Shown: positions 1 to 10,810, counted from the first letter of the stretch. The stretch: DNA of 64,000 bases from Candidatus Krumholzibacteriota bacterium (GCA_963727455.1 CAVSGG010000015.1:1-64000); one strand, 5' to 3'. Made by a program: numbers and translations. The notes: generated by a model not told the origin, from the letters alone.

Positions 1-20
1 CCTATGAGCAGCGGAGGCGC

Positions 21-49
21 AATATAGTGAGGGTGTGAGGGTGCGTCAA
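21..49 (-). promoter_or_regulatory. sigma70-type promoter with GC-rich discriminator (rrn/tRNA-like), firing out of the window
   Basis: Minus strand reads TTGACG-N17-TATATT followed by GCGCCTCC. Confidence 0.7.
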
Positions 50-125
50 GGGCTTTCGCGGAGAAAAGCCGAAGAACTTCGCCGTGGGCAAGGGAGCGGG
101 CATCCTCTTGCCAGACAAGCAATTG

Positions 126-1354
126 CTACTGGAACTCCACATCCACGAAGACCCGCTTGCCCACCTTCAGGCGGTAGCGACGCCCCACCCCCGCCGGCAG
201 CTCCATCTGTGGACTGTCCGCCCGCTGTCCATCCACGGAGACCCCACCCTGCTCGATGAGGCGGCGCGCCTCACCACGGCTCTTCACCAGGCTCAGATCG
301 CTCAGGAGCTTGACGAGCCAGTAGTCCTTGTCCTGGGCAGGCAGGCGCCGGCACTCGACCTCTTCGGGCTCCCCTTTGTCCACGAAGATGCGGTCGAAGG
401 CGGTCTCCGCCTCGTGCGCAGCGTTCTCGCTGTGGTACTGGCCGATGATGTTGCGCGCCAAGCTCCGCTTGAGTTTGGCGGGATGACTCTTGGGGTCCGC
501 GAGCCGCTTGCGCACCTCGTCCATCGCGTCCGCGTCGAGATCGCTCACGAGTTCATACCAGCTGAGCATGAGATGGTCGGGATGGACATGACCTTGCCGA
601 ACATCTCCTCGGGCGCATCGGTGATGCCGATCGAGTTGCCCAAGCTCTTCGACATCTTCTCCACCCCATCGGTGCCCGGCAGTAGCGGCATTGTCAGAAC
701 GGTTTGCGGTCGTTGCCCGTAATGCGACTGCAGGTCCCTCCCCACGAGCAGGTTGAACTTCTGATCGGTGCCGCCCACTTCGACGTCGGACTTCAGAGCG
801 ACGGAGTCGTAGCCCTGAAAGAGAGGATAGAGAAACTCCTGGATGCTGATGGGAGCGCCGGCCTTGTAGCGTTTGGCGAAATCGTCTCGTTCGATCATCC
901 GTGCCACGGTGTAGTGGCTCGCCAGGCGCAGCACCTCCGCGCTGCTCATCTTCTCGCACCATTCGCTGTTGAAGCGAACCAGCGTCTTCTCTTCGTCCAG
1001 AATCTTGAAGACCTGCTTCTTGTAGGTCTCGGCGTTGGCTGCGACCTCTTCTCTGCTCAGCATGGGCCTGGTCTCACTCTTGCCGGTCGGATCTCCAATC
1101 ATGCCGGTGAAGTCTCCGATGAGGAAGATGACGGTGTGCCCCAGATCCTGGAACTGACGGAGCTTGCGAATGGTAACAGTATGACCCAGGTGGAGGTCGG
1201 GCGCCGAGGCGTCGAAGCCCTCTTTGATGAGAAGGGACCGGTTCTCCTTGCGGGCCGCCTCCAGTTTCTGCTCCAGGTCACCCGCGGGCAAAATCTCGCT
1301 CACTCCTCGAGAGATCAGACGCATTTGATCCGCGACGCTCGGCATTCCGCTCAT
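126..1354 (-). CDS. tyrS: Tyrosine--tRNA ligase, split by a single-base frameshift near 579-581
   Basis: ORF 545..1435 has HLGH and KMSKSLGN. The C-terminal part with the S4 domain ([16 protein letters not shown]) lies in ORF 126..962. Adding one C to ATCCCGAC restores MSIPDHLM. Confidence 0.93.
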
Positions 1355-1523
1355 GCCATCGTACCGTTCTTGAGAGGTTGAAGAGAGGCCCCCGACAGGG
1401 CTGCGCACAAGTCGCGACACGCTATCAACCGCCACCCCCGGGTGTCAAGGAGGCCGCGGCCCTTGCCCCCGTGCCGCTTTGATCGTAGGGTGCCGCGGAG
1501 GACTTCAGCTCGGCAGGTTCGAA

Positions 1524-3710
1524 ATGGACGAAGGTCGAAAGGACGAATCCAACTCGGGAGTGAGCAGGCTCTTCAAGCGCCGCATTCCCCGGCGGGTGGT
1601 TCGAGGGCTGTTCCTCGGCGCGCTCGTCCTTTTGTGCCTGGGAGTCGGTGCGGGATACGTAGTCATCCGAGTGCTCTCGCGGGACCTACCCTCCCCGGCT
1701 CGTCTGCAGACCATTCGTCCTCCCAGCAAGACGCTGATCTTCGCGGCCAACGGCGACACCCTCCACGAGTACTTCACACAAAATCGCGTCAACCTTCCCT
1801 TGGCTCAGATTCCCGAGGGCCTCGTTCACGCCGTGATCGCCACTGAGGACCGACGTTTTTACCAGCACTACGGCGTCGATCTCGGCGGCATCATGCGCGC
1901 CATCTTCGTCGATTTGCGGACGGGCAGCGCCGCACAGGGCGCTTCTACTCTGACCCAACAACTTGCCCGAAGTCTCTTTCTTTCGCCGGACAAACGCTGG
2001 GAACGAAAACTGCGGGAGCTGCTGCTCGCGCTGCGTATCGAACGGACCTACACCAAAGACGAAATTCTGGAGATGTATCTCAACACCATCTACTTCGGGC
2101 ACGGAGGTGCCTACGGAGTGGAGTCGGGAGCGCGCACCTTCTTCGGCAAGGGAGTCGCCGATCTGAAGCCTTCGGAGTACACGATGCTCGCCGGAATTCT
2201 GGCCAATCCAGGCTACTACTCGCCAGTGCATCATCTCGACCGGGCCTACAAGCGGCGCGCGCTAGTGCTGAAGAGCATGGTCCGCGCGGGATACTTGAGT
2301 GCCGAAGAGGCGGAGCAGATAGGTCAGCAAGAGGTCGTCATCGTTCCGCCGACTCAGCGCGAGATCATTGCGCCTTACTTCCTGGAAACGGTTCGTCAGT
2401 ATCTGGAACAGAACTACGGCAGCGAACAGCTCTATGAGGAAGGGCTGCGAGTCTACACCACCTTGGATCCTAGGCTCCAGCGATTGGCCGAGAGTTGTTT
2501 CGAACAGGAGCTCTTGCGCCGCGAGACCGAAGGCCACTACGAAATGACACGGGCGCTCTACGACAGTCTGAACGCGGAGATCAGCGAGAAGCCCAAAACG
2601 ACCTATCTCCAGGGCGCCCTGGTGGCCATGGACGCTCGCACCGGTGAAGTTCGCGCGATGATCGGCGGACGTGACTTCGAGGCCAGCCGCTGGAATCGCG
2701 CGGTGCAGGCCCAACGCCAGCCGGGCTCCATCTTCAAACCCTTCCTCTATACCACCGCTCTGGAGAAGGGTTGGACGCCGGCCGACATCCTCCTCGATGC
2801 GCCGGTGGAGGTCGATACCGGCAGCGACGAGCTCTGGCGTCCAGTGAATTTCGACGAGACCTTTCGCGGTCCGGTGACGGTCCGATACGCGCTCGCCAAC
2901 TCCATCAACATCCCCGCGGTTCGACTCATCCTGAAGATCGGTCCCCAGCCGGTGATCGAAACCGCGCATCGCATGGGAATCACGAGCGAAATTCCCGACG
3001 TGTATTCGATCGCCTTGGGCTCGGGGGAGGCGAATCTGCTGGAACTGGTCGGAGCGTACTCCACCTTCGCCAACGGCGGCATCCGCACCAAACCCATCAT
3101 GATCGAGCGCATCACCAACAGCCGCGGGGAAACGCTCGAAGAGAGTAAAGTCTACCAGGAGGAAGTCCTCGACGAGCGCATCAACTATCTCATGGTCGAC
3201 ATGATGCGGACCGCAATCAAAGAGGGGACCGGAAAGTCAGCCACCGCCTATGGCTGGACGCGGGAATCGGCGGGAAAGACGGGGACCACCGACCGCAATA
3301 CGGACGCCTGGTTCATCGGTTTTACTCCCGAGATGGTGTGCGGAGTGTGGGTTGGATTCGACGACAATGTCAGCATGGGGCGCAGGCGAACCGGCGCCGT
3401 CATGGCGCTTCCCATCTGGGCCAGGACCATGACCGCCTACTACCAAGGCACGCCTGAGCCGCACTTTGAAAAGCCCGCCGGAATCGTGACGCGACTCGTC
3501 TGTTCGCAGAGTGGACAGCTCGCCACCGAAAACTGCCCGGAAGTTCACGAGGAAATCTTCGTGGAGGGAATGGCCCCGACACGACTCTGCGAGTTGCACC
3601 AGCCCCAGAGTACCGACATCCCACAGCAGAGCGGCGACTTCGAAAGCCTCGATCGACAGTCGCAACGGGGGGATGAGTTCGATCCCAAGGCCAGCAAGGG
3701 CGGCGGTTAG
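1524..3710 (+). CDS. Class A penicillin-binding protein (PBP1A family)
   Basis: N-terminal TM helix; transglycosylase motifs EDRRFYQHYG and GASTLTQQL; transpeptidase motifs SIFK, SIN and KTGT. Confidence 0.95.
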   Translation: MDEGRKDESNSGVSRLFKRRIPRRVVRGLFLGALVLLCLGVGAGYVVIRVLSRDLPSPARLQTIRPPSKTLIFAANGDTLHEYFTQNRVNLPLAQIPEGLVHAVIATEDRRFYQHYGVDLGGIMRAIFVDLRTGSAAQGASTLTQQLARSLFLSPDKRWERKLRELLLALRIERTYTKDEILEMYLNTIYFGHGGAYGVESGARTFFGKGVADLKPSEYTMLAGILANPGYYSPVHHLDRAYKRRALVLKSMVRAGYLSAEEAEQIGQQEVVIVPPTQREIIAPYFLETVRQYLEQNYGSEQLYEEGLRVYTTLDPRLQRLAESCFEQELLRRETEGHYEMTRALYDSLNAEISEKPKTTYLQGALVAMDARTGEVRAMIGGRDFEASRWNRAVQAQRQPGSIFKPFLYTTALEKGWTPADILLDAPVEVDTGSDELWRPVNFDETFRGPVTVRYALANSINIPAVRLILKIGPQPVIETAHRMGITSEIPDVYSIALGSGEANLLELVGAYSTFANGGIRTKPIMIERITNSRGETLEESKVYQEEVLDERINYLMVDMMRTAIKEGTGKSATAYGWTRESAGKTGTTDRNTDAWFIGFTPEMVCGVWVGFDDNVSMGRRRTGAVMALPIWARTMTAYYQGTPEPHFEKPAGIVTRLVCSQSGQLATENCPEVHEEIFVEGMAPTRLCELHQPQSTDIPQQSGDFESLDRQSQRGDEFDPKASKGGG

Positions 3711-3714
3711 ATTC

Positions 3715-5019
3715 TCAGCCGACTCTTTCGAAGATCAACGGTGTGGGCGCGCACTTCTCGTTAGTGACGGGCATGGCGACACGCAAGCGCTCGCGGCAGG
3801 CCGTGGCCGCGCCTTCGTCCCGCGCGAATATGCTGACGAGTGGCTGTCCCTGATCTACCTTGTCGCCCACGCGCGCGAGCACCTTCAGACCCACCCCCAG
3901 ATCCAGCTCGTCGTCACTGCGACGACGGGCGCCCCCCAGCTCCACCAAGGAGAGCCCGATCTGTTCGGCGTCCATCGGCTGCACCCAGCCACTGTTCGCG
4001 GCCAAAAGAGGCTCAGCCTCGGGTGCGATGGAAAAACAGCTCGCCGGAGCATTCTCGTCCATTCGTCCCCCGTGCGCGTGCACCATCGCAAGGAAACGTC
4101 GCAGGGCGCTGCCATCATCGAGGTGTTGCGCACATCGCTCCCTCAGCTCCTGCAATGATCCCAGTCCAGCCAGCTCGCCCATGGCGGCGGTGAGTTCGAT
4201 GGTGAGGCTTCGAAGCTCCTCTGGGCCCCTACCCGAGAGCCCCTCGATCGCCTCTTGTGCCTCCAGCGCATGACCGACGGCGGAACCCAGGGGCTGGCCC
4301 ATGTCGGTGATCAGGGCGCAAATCTTGCGGCCGGCGCGGGTGGCCGTCGCCAGGAGAGACTCGGCCAGGATACGCGCCGCCTTGGGATCGCGCATGAAAG
4401 CGCCGCTGCCGCACTTGAGATCGATCACGAGATTCGCCGGCCCGGCCGCGATCTTCTTGGACAGGATGGATGAGACGATGAGGGGAACGCAGTCGACCGT
4501 CGCGGTGACATCCCGCAGATGGTAGAGCCGACGGTCGGCGGGAGCGATCTCCCCCGTCTGGCCGGTGATCGAGCAACCCACGGTTCCGACGATCTGAAGA
4601 AACTCGCGCGGAGACAGATCGATCCGATAGCCGGGGATCGACTGCAACTTGTCCAGGGTACCGCCGGTGTGACCCAATCCGCGTCCAGAGAGCATGGGCA
4701 CCGACAGTCCCAGTTCGGCCGCCAGGGGGGCAAGCAAGAGGGAAACCTTGTCGCCGACGCCTCCGGTGGAGTGCTTGTCCGCAGTCGGCCCCGAAAGCTC
4801 GGAAAGATCGAGGCGGATCCCGCTCGAAGCCATACGCTCGGTGAGCTGGTAGGTCTCCTCCACCGACATCCCGCGGAACCACACGGCCATCAGCCAGGCC
4901 GCGAGCTGATACTCCGGGATGCTCCCATCGGTGATCGCGTCGACGAGCGCGGCGATCTCCTCCGCGCTGTGCTCCCTTCCTTGCTTCTTCCAACTGATCA
5001 ATTCGTACGGAGTCTTCAA
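3715..5019 (-). CDS. pdp: Thymidine/pyrimidine-nucleoside phosphorylase
   Basis: [26 protein letters not shown] and SSILSKK motifs. Confidence 0.93.
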   Translation of the reverse strand: MKTPYELISWKKQGREHSAEEIAALVDAITDGSIPEYQLAAWLMAVWFRGMSVEETYQLTERMASSGIRLDLSELSGPTADKHSTGGVGDKVSLLLAPLAAELGLSVPMLSGRGLGHTGGTLDKLQSIPGYRIDLSPREFLQIVGTVGCSITGQTGEIAPADRRLYHLRDVTATVDCVPLIVSSILSKKIAAGPANLVIDLKCGSGAFMRDPKAARILAESLLATATRAGRKICALITDMGQPLGSAVGHALEAQEAIEGLSGRGPEELRSLTIELTAAMGELAGLGSLQELRERCAQHLDDGSALRRFLAMVHAHGGRMDENAPASCFSIAPEAEPLLAANSGWVQPMDAEQIGLSLVELGGARRRSDDELDLGVGLKVLARVGDKVDQGQPLVSIFARDEGAATACRERLRVAMPVTNEKCAPTPLIFERVG

Positions 5020-5888
5020 TACCCGGCGCCCCCACTCTCCCCCGCCAAGATCTTGACGCCGGCGCTGGCGCCCAGACGGTTGGCGCCCGCTTTGATCATC
5101 GCCTCGGCGGTCTTCCTGTCACGTATCCCGCCGCTGGCCTTCACCCCGATCTCCGCGCCGACGACACCGCGCATGAGCGCGACGTCTGCCACCGTGGCTC
5201 CGCCCCCTCCGAATCCAGTCGAGGTCTTCACGTAGTGTGCCCCCGCCTCCTTGGCCAGAGCACACGCCGCGATCTTCTCGTCGTCCTCCAGGAGAGCCGT
5301 CTCCAGAATGACTTTGACGCAGGCGCCACCTTGCACGCTCTGCACCACCGAACGGATGTCATCGTGCACTGCCGCGTAGTTCTTGTCCTTCAACGCCCCC
5401 ACGTTCAGCACCATGTCCACCTCGGTTGCCCCATGGCGCACCGCCTCACCGGCCTCGAATGCTTTCGCGGTGGAGGTGGTCGCGCCCAAGGGAAAGCCGA
5501 TGACGCAGCAGACTTCGACTCCCGCACCCTTCAAGAGCGATGCGCAGAGCTGCACCCAATACGGATTTACGCAGACCGACGCGAAGTGATTGGCCCGGGC
5601 TTCTTCGCAGAGGGTACGGATCTCGCTTTCGCTGGCCTGAGGCTTGAGCAGGGTGTGATCGATGGTCCCGGCCAAATCGGGCGGTAGGCTGCGAGCTTTC
5701 AGATCGCACGAGATCCGGCAGGCACCCTCGTCGACCATGGCACGGAGATGTGCGTCCGTGGGGGAAGTCAGGCTGCAGCCGCAGGCATTCGCAGCCGGCC
5801 CGAGCCCGCTCAATTGTCCCTGGGTGAGACGAAGCAGCACCCGGTCCGTGATGCGTTCGACGAGGGTGGCACGTGCGGCGGAATCCAT
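5016..5888 (-). CDS. deoC: Deoxyribose-phosphate aldolase with a ~70-aa N-terminal extension
   Basis: [28 protein letters not shown] and KASGGIR; overlaps the pdp start. Confidence 0.95.
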   Translation of the reverse strand: MDSAARATLVERITDRVLLRLTQGQLSGLGPAANACGCSLTSPTDAHLRAMVDEGACRISCDLKARSLPPDLAGTIDHTLLKPQASESEIRTLCEEARANHFASVCVNPYWVQLCASLLKGAGVEVCCVIGFPLGATTSTAKAFEAGEAVRHGATEVDMVLNVGALKDKNYAAVHDDIRSVVQSVQGGACVKVILETALLEDDEKIAACALAKEAGAHYVKTSTGFGGGGATVADVALMRGVVGAEIGVKASGGIRDRKTAEAMIKAGANRLGASAGVKILAGESGGAGY

Positions 5889-6298
5889 CACTTCTCCTTC
5901 TCACGATAATCCGTGAAGGCAAACGGCATCAACTCCGAGAGCCGGTACTGCGCGGTGTCGCCATTCGCGTTCACCAGAACCACCGCCAGATCCGGAGCGA
6001 ATTCTTGCAGGACCTGTCGGCAAGCTCCACACGGAGGGGTCAACTCGGGAGCGCGCGTAGCGATAGCGATCGCCTCGAAGGAGCGTGAGCCCTCGCTCAC
6101 CGCCTTGAAGATCGCGGTTCGTTCGGCGCAGACCGAAAGTCCCAGAGAGGCGTTTTCTACGTTGCAGCCTGTGTGTACCTTGGCTTCGGAGTCCAGTAGA
6201 GCGGCACCGACGGCAAATCCGGAGTACGGAACGTGAGCGTGCGTGAGAGCTTTCAACGCCGCGTCACGTAGGAGCTGGATCTGGGCTTGGTCGAGCAT
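5888..6298 (-). CDS. cdd: Cytidine deaminase (homotetrameric type)
   Basis: [24 protein letters not shown] and PCGACRQ; G-rich SD before the ATG at 6298. Confidence 0.95.
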   Translation of the reverse strand: MLDQAQIQLLRDAALKALTHAHVPYSGFAVGAALLDSEAKVHTGCNVENASLGLSVCAERTAIFKAVSEGSRSFEAIAIATRAPELTPPCGACRQVLQEFAPDLAVVLVNANGDTAQYRLSELMPFAFTDYREKEK

Positions 6299-6320
6299 GT
6301 CCCCCCCTTTGTGCAGCCGA

Positions 6321-6349
6321 ACGGTAGCCGCTTGCGCCGAGACTGTCAA
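6321..6349 (-). promoter_or_regulatory. Putative sigma70 promoter for cdd-deoC-pdp
   Basis: TTGACA-N17-TACCGT upstream of cdd. Confidence 0.55.
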
Positions 6350-6379
6350 CGCAGCCTGGAATGTGGCAAACTGTCGCCC

Positions 6380-7720
6380 ATGGACGAACTCTTCGAATCC
6401 CCCCCACCCGCGCCGGACACCAACCCGCGTGCGCCCCTGGCCGAGCGCATGCGTCCCCGAAAGCTGTCGGAGATGGTGGGGCAGGATCGAGCCCTCGGCG
6501 AGGGCACGATCTTGGGCGCGGCGATCGCCCAACGCGAACTGCCGAGCTTGGTGCTGTGGGGACCACCGGGCTGCGGCAAGACCACCTTGGCCCGCTGCCT
6601 GGCCGACGCCATCGAAGTGCAGTTTCTCGGCTATTCGGCGGTGAGCGTGGGCATTAAGGAACTCAAGTCGGTGATGAGCCAAGCGAAGCGTCTACGCGGC
6701 ATGGGCGGAAAGGCTCCCATGCTCTTCCTCGACGAAATTCACCGCTTCAACAAAGCCCAACAGGACTCCCTGCTTCACTTCGTGGAGGCCGGGGATGTGA
6801 TCCTGGTGGGCGCCACCACCGAGAACCCCTCCTTCGAAGTAAATGCCGCCCTGCTCTCGCGCTGCCGTGTGGTCGTGCTGGATCCTCTCACGCCCGACGC
6901 CATTCTCATCTTGTTGCAGCGAGCGTTGAAGGACGAGCGTGGGCTCGGGTCGGAGTCGGTGGAGGCAGAGGAAGACTCGCTGCGGACCTTTGCCGAGCGC
7001 TGCGGCGGCGACGCCCGCTTCGCCTTGAGCAGTCTGGAACTGGCGGTGTCCTCGACCAGGAAGAAGCGTCGGCGCATCGACCTCGCGCTCGCCGAGCAGG
7101 TTCTCGCCGAAGCCCATCTGATCTATGACAAGCAGGGCGAGGAACATTTCAATCTCATCAGCGCGCTCCACAAGTCGCTGCGCAACTCCGATGCCCAGGC
7201 CGGCATCTACTGGTTGGCCCGCATTCTTGAGGCTGGAGAGGATCCTCTCTACGTAGCTCGTCGTCTGATCCGCTTCGCCAGCGAGGACGTGGGTCTCGCC
7301 GACCCGCAGGCCCTTTTGCAGGCCAGCGCAGCCTTCAGTGCAGTGCATCAGATCGGCATGCCCGAGGGTGCGCTCGCCCTGGCCCAGGTGGCGGTGTACC
7401 TGGCGCAGGCCCCCAAGAGCAACGCACTCTACACCGCCTATGCTGCGGCCAGGCGAGCACTGCAGGAAGGCCACAACGAACCGGTGCCTCTCCACTTGCG
7501 GAACGCACCAACCAAGCTCATGGGAGAACTCGGCTACGGGGAAGGATACCGCTACGCCCACGACGAGAGCGAGGGGGTGGCGGCGATGGATTGTCTTCCC
7601 GAATCGATGAAGGGACACATCTTTTACCGCCCCAGCGGGAGAGGATTCGAAAAGGAAGCGGCTCAGAGATTGCGCGCCGCGTGGCGACTCGCGCACCCAT
7701 CCAGGGGAGATACTCAGTGA
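6380..7720 (+). CDS. rarA: Replication-associated recombination protein A (MgsA AAA+ ATPase)
   Basis: PLAERMRP, GPPGCGKTT, DEIHRFNKAQQD, GATTENPSFEVN and ISALHKS. Confidence 0.95.
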   Translation: MDELFESPPPAPDTNPRAPLAERMRPRKLSEMVGQDRALGEGTILGAAIAQRELPSLVLWGPPGCGKTTLARCLADAIEVQFLGYSAVSVGIKELKSVMSQAKRLRGMGGKAPMLFLDEIHRFNKAQQDSLLHFVEAGDVILVGATTENPSFEVNAALLSRCRVVVLDPLTPDAILILLQRALKDERGLGSESVEAEEDSLRTFAERCGGDARFALSSLELAVSSTRKKRRRIDLALAEQVLAEAHLIYDKQGEEHFNLISALHKSLRNSDAQAGIYWLARILEAGEDPLYVARRLIRFASEDVGLADPQALLQASAAFSAVHQIGMPEGALALAQVAVYLAQAPKSNALYTAYAAARRALQEGHNEPVPLHLRNAPTKLMGELGYGEGYRYAHDESEGVAAMDCLPESMKGHIFYRPSGRGFEKEAAQRLRAAWRLAHPSRGDTQ

Positions 7721-8676
7721 AGAGGATCGCAGTAATGACCAGTGGTGGCGACGCGGCCGGCATGAATCCAGCCCTGCGCGCCGTGGTTCGCGCTTCACAC
7801 CGGCAAGGAGTAAAGGTCGTGGGTGTGCGCTGCGGTTTCGCGGGTCTCAAGCAGGGGGACTTTCTCGACCTCGATCCCAGCTCGGTGAGCGGAATCGTAC
7901 AGAGGGGCGGCACGATGCTGCGCACCTTTCGCCTGGAAGATTTCGAGCGCCGTGAGGTGCGGGACGCAGCGGCTGGCCTCTTCCTCGCGCGCGATCTGGA
8001 AGGCCTCATCATCATCGGCGGAGACGGGAGTTTCCGAGGCGGGCACTGCATCGACAGCGAATGGAACGTACCGGTAGTGGGTGTGCCGGCGACCATCGAC
8101 AACGACATTCCAGGAACCGACTACTCCATCGGTTACGATACCGCTCTGAACATCGCGGTGGACGCGGTCGACAAGATTCGCGACACCGCGACCAGCCACG
8201 GACGTATTTTCGTGCTCGAGGTCATGGGTCGCCACTCCGGGATGCTGGCCGCGGCGACCGGGTTGTGCTGCGGTGCCGAGGAGATCTTGGTTCCCGAGGC
8301 AGCATTCGATTACGACCAGATTGTCCGCAACATCGAGGGAGGTTACGACCGGGGAAAACAGCACGCCATCATCATCGTCGCCGAAGGTGCCGCTTCGGCC
8401 AGCACGGTCTGCGCCGCCATCAAGAGCCGTCTTTCTCGAGAAGTGCGCATGGTCGTCCTGGGGCACATCCAGCGCGGGGGCGCACCCTCGGCGTTCGATC
8501 GGGTCCTCGCCGCTCGTCTCGGACATGCCGCAGTGGAACACCTGTTGGATGGCGCGCGCGGAGTCATGGTGGGACTGAAGGCCAACGTGATTACTCTCAG
8601 CTCGCTGAAGAAGGAGCGGGACCGGACGCGTGAGACCGTGGAGTACATGCTCGAACTCCACCGCTACACGCGTTGA
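7717..8676 (+). CDS. pfkA: ATP-dependent 6-phosphofructokinase
   Basis: TSGGDAAGMN, GGDGS, TIDND, EVMGR and LGHIQRGG; GTG start overlaps the rarA stop. Confidence 0.93.
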   Translation: MKRIAVMTSGGDAAGMNPALRAVVRASHRQGVKVVGVRCGFAGLKQGDFLDLDPSSVSGIVQRGGTMLRTFRLEDFERREVRDAAAGLFLARDLEGLIIIGGDGSFRGGHCIDSEWNVPVVGVPATIDNDIPGTDYSIGYDTALNIAVDAVDKIRDTATSHGRIFVLEVMGRHSGMLAAATGLCCGAEEILVPEAAFDYDQIVRNIEGGYDRGKQHAIIIVAEGAASASTVCAAIKSRLSREVRMVVLGHIQRGGAPSAFDRVLAARLGHAAVEHLLDGARGVMVGLKANVITLSSLKKERDRTRETVEYMLELHRYTR

Positions 8677-8725
8677 TTGCCCAGGGCGCCGTCACCACCC
8701 CAAGCTGCGGACTTTGCTACCCTTC

Positions 8726-9766
8726 TCAGACCGAGAAGCGGATCTCCATCACGTCCCCGTCCTGAACCAAGTACTCCTTCCCTTCCAGGCGGTAGACGCC
8801 AGCCGCTTTGGCTGCCTTTTCGCTGCCGTGCTTTTTCAGCTCCTCGAAAGCCACCACTTCGGCGCGGATGAAACCCCTCTGCAGATCGCTGTGAATCTTC
8901 CCCGCGGCCTGGGGCGCGGTGGATCCCTCCGTGATACTCCAGGCGCGGCACTCATCCTTGCCGGCGGTGAGGAAGGAGATGAGTCCGAGACTCCGGTAGC
9001 AGGAACGCAAAAAGCGCTCGATCGCGGGACGGCGGATTCCCAGTTCCTCCATGAACTCGCGGCGTTCGCTTTCCCCCAGAGAGGCGATTTCGGCCTCGAG
9101 CGCTGCGGAGAGGGCGCAGAGTTCGTGGCCTGCCCGCGCGCAAGCCTCCCTCAGGCGCACGGGGCTGTCCTCACCGGCGTGTTCTTCGGCGAGGTTTGCG
9201 ACGACCAGGACCGGTTTGAGGGAAAGGAACTGGTAGCCTCTCATGAGCCCCTGCTCGCTCGCATTGAGTTCGAGCACCCGCAGCGGTCGGCTGGTCTCCA
9301 GATGCGCCTTGAGCTTCTCCATGAGAGCCATTTCCTTCTCGGCATCCTTGTTGCCGCGCTTGCGTTCGGCAACGAGGCGCTCGAGCCGATTCTCCACCAA
9401 TTGGAGATCGCATACCGCGGTGGAGAGTTCGAATTCCTCCAGGTCGTTCTCGGCGGAAGTGATGCCAGAAAAACAGTCCAGAACCAGAGCGATGCCCTCG
9501 CATACCCTCAACTCCTGGATGTTCAAAAGATGGGCCAGATCCTCTCCCGCGTGCCTGGGGTCCGCCCCCAGGTCCACGAATTCTAAAGTGGCGTGCGTTA
9601 CCTTCTTTGGCTGGTGGAGCTCGGCCAGCCAGCCCAGACGCTCGTCGGGAATGGGAACCACCGCCTCGTTGTCGTGACGTCCGCGTCGAGCCGATTCTCC
9701 CGCCATGAGCAGTGCAAAGAGGCTGGACTTGCCACTTTGGGGAGCGCCAACGATGCCGAAACTCAT
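8726..9766 (-). CDS. ychF: YchF/OLA1 family ATPase (divergent)
   Basis: GAPQSGKS P-loop; C-terminal TGS-like domain AAGKIHSDLQRGFIRAEV...EGKEYLVQDGDV. Confidence 0.88.
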   Translation of the reverse strand: MSFGIVGAPQSGKSSLFALLMAGESARRGRHDNEAVVPIPDERLGWLAELHQPKKVTHATLEFVDLGADPRHAGEDLAHLLNIQELRVCEGIALVLDCFSGITSAENDLEEFELSTAVCDLQLVENRLERLVAERKRGNKDAEKEMALMEKLKAHLETSRPLRVLELNASEQGLMRGYQFLSLKPVLVVANLAEEHAGEDSPVRLREACARAGHELCALSAALEAEIASLGESERREFMEELGIRRPAIERFLRSCYRSLGLISFLTAGKDECRAWSITEGSTAPQAAGKIHSDLQRGFIRAEVVAFEELKKHGSEKAAKAAGVYRLEGKEYLVQDGDVMEIRFSV

Positions 9767-9856
9767 TCCCCTTCTCCATTCCTCATCTGCCGGGGGGCAT
9801 GAAAAGGCCCACTCCACGTTTCCCGTGAAGTGGGCCAAAAACTCGCTACTACTTTC

Positions 9857-10717
9857 TCAGGGCGCCAAGTAGCGATTGGCGTAGGTCACGAATTCGATGT
9901 CCAGATTTCCGGTGACTTCCAGGCGACGGCGCTCCCGGTAGGGATTGATGTCGTCGATTTTCACGCCGCCCACGAAGGGCAGATCCTGGGCCGTCAGGAG
10001 CTTCATGGCAAACTCAAGGCTCTTGGTCATGTTCATGATTTTGAACACTGCCTTGTCGTCGTCGGCCGACACGAGATACCAGACCATCGGCGCCTGCGGG
10101 GCTTCCTCGCCCTCTTTCACTTCTTCCTTCGGAGCCTCCCACTCGTAATCGGGACGCAACTCCACGTGACCAGCGGTTTGGAATTCGGTTCCGATCCGGT
10201 CCTCCATGTCTTTCTGCTGCTTGCTCCGGGCGTTATAGGGCATCTTGCTCAAGTCGAAACCCGAGATCTCTTCCAACTTGGGATCGGTGAAGTTGGGCAG
10301 TACGAAGTTCTCGCAGGAATCCACGTCGGTGGTGGTCATTCCGTCCTTCACGCGCTTCACCATGAGAAAGACCGTGGGGGTGAAGAACTTCTGAACCCCG
10401 AGGATCTTCCCCTGCCAATTCGGAGCGCGATTCTCCAGATCATTCGCCACGAGCAACTCGAGAAGATTGGGATCCTTGGGATCGCGAACGATGGCGGTAT
10501 TCCCGTCGATGTACACGAACTCAGGGCAGTCGATTTCGAAGAGGAAGCCGATACTCTCCACATTTCCGCGGGTCACGTCTCGGAGACTTCCGTAGACGTA
10601 GGGATCGACCTCTTCCTTCTTGCTACAACCGTTGGCCAGAGTTAGCAGTGTAGCCACAGCCAGGAGCACAGCTCCGATGCTGAAGCGTTGCCAACCGAAA
10701 CGGTGCGTCGAACTCAT
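9857..10717 (-). CDS. Hypothetical lipoprotein
   Basis: Signal peptide with lipobox-like LANG-C; SD GGAGGA; own promoter. Confidence 0.75.
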   Translation of the reverse strand: MSSTHRFGWQRFSIGAVLLAVATLLTLANGCSKKEEVDPYVYGSLRDVTRGNVESIGFLFEIDCPEFVYIDGNTAIVRDPKDPNLLELLVANDLENRAPNWQGKILGVQKFFTPTVFLMVKRVKDGMTTTDVDSCENFVLPNFTDPKLEEISGFDLSKMPYNARSKQQKDMEDRIGTEFQTAGHVELRPDYEWEAPKEEVKEGEEAPQAPMVWYLVSADDDKAVFKIMNMTKSLEFAMKLLTAQDLPFVGGVKIDDINPYRERRRLEVTGNLDIEFVTYANRYLAP

Positions 10718-10810
10718 CGAGTCTTCCTCCGTACTTTGAGCAATCTGCCTTCAAGGCTTGGGATGAATTCCGGCAGGCGCGGCAAGGGTGGCTGCCCGAA
10801 CAACCCGGGT

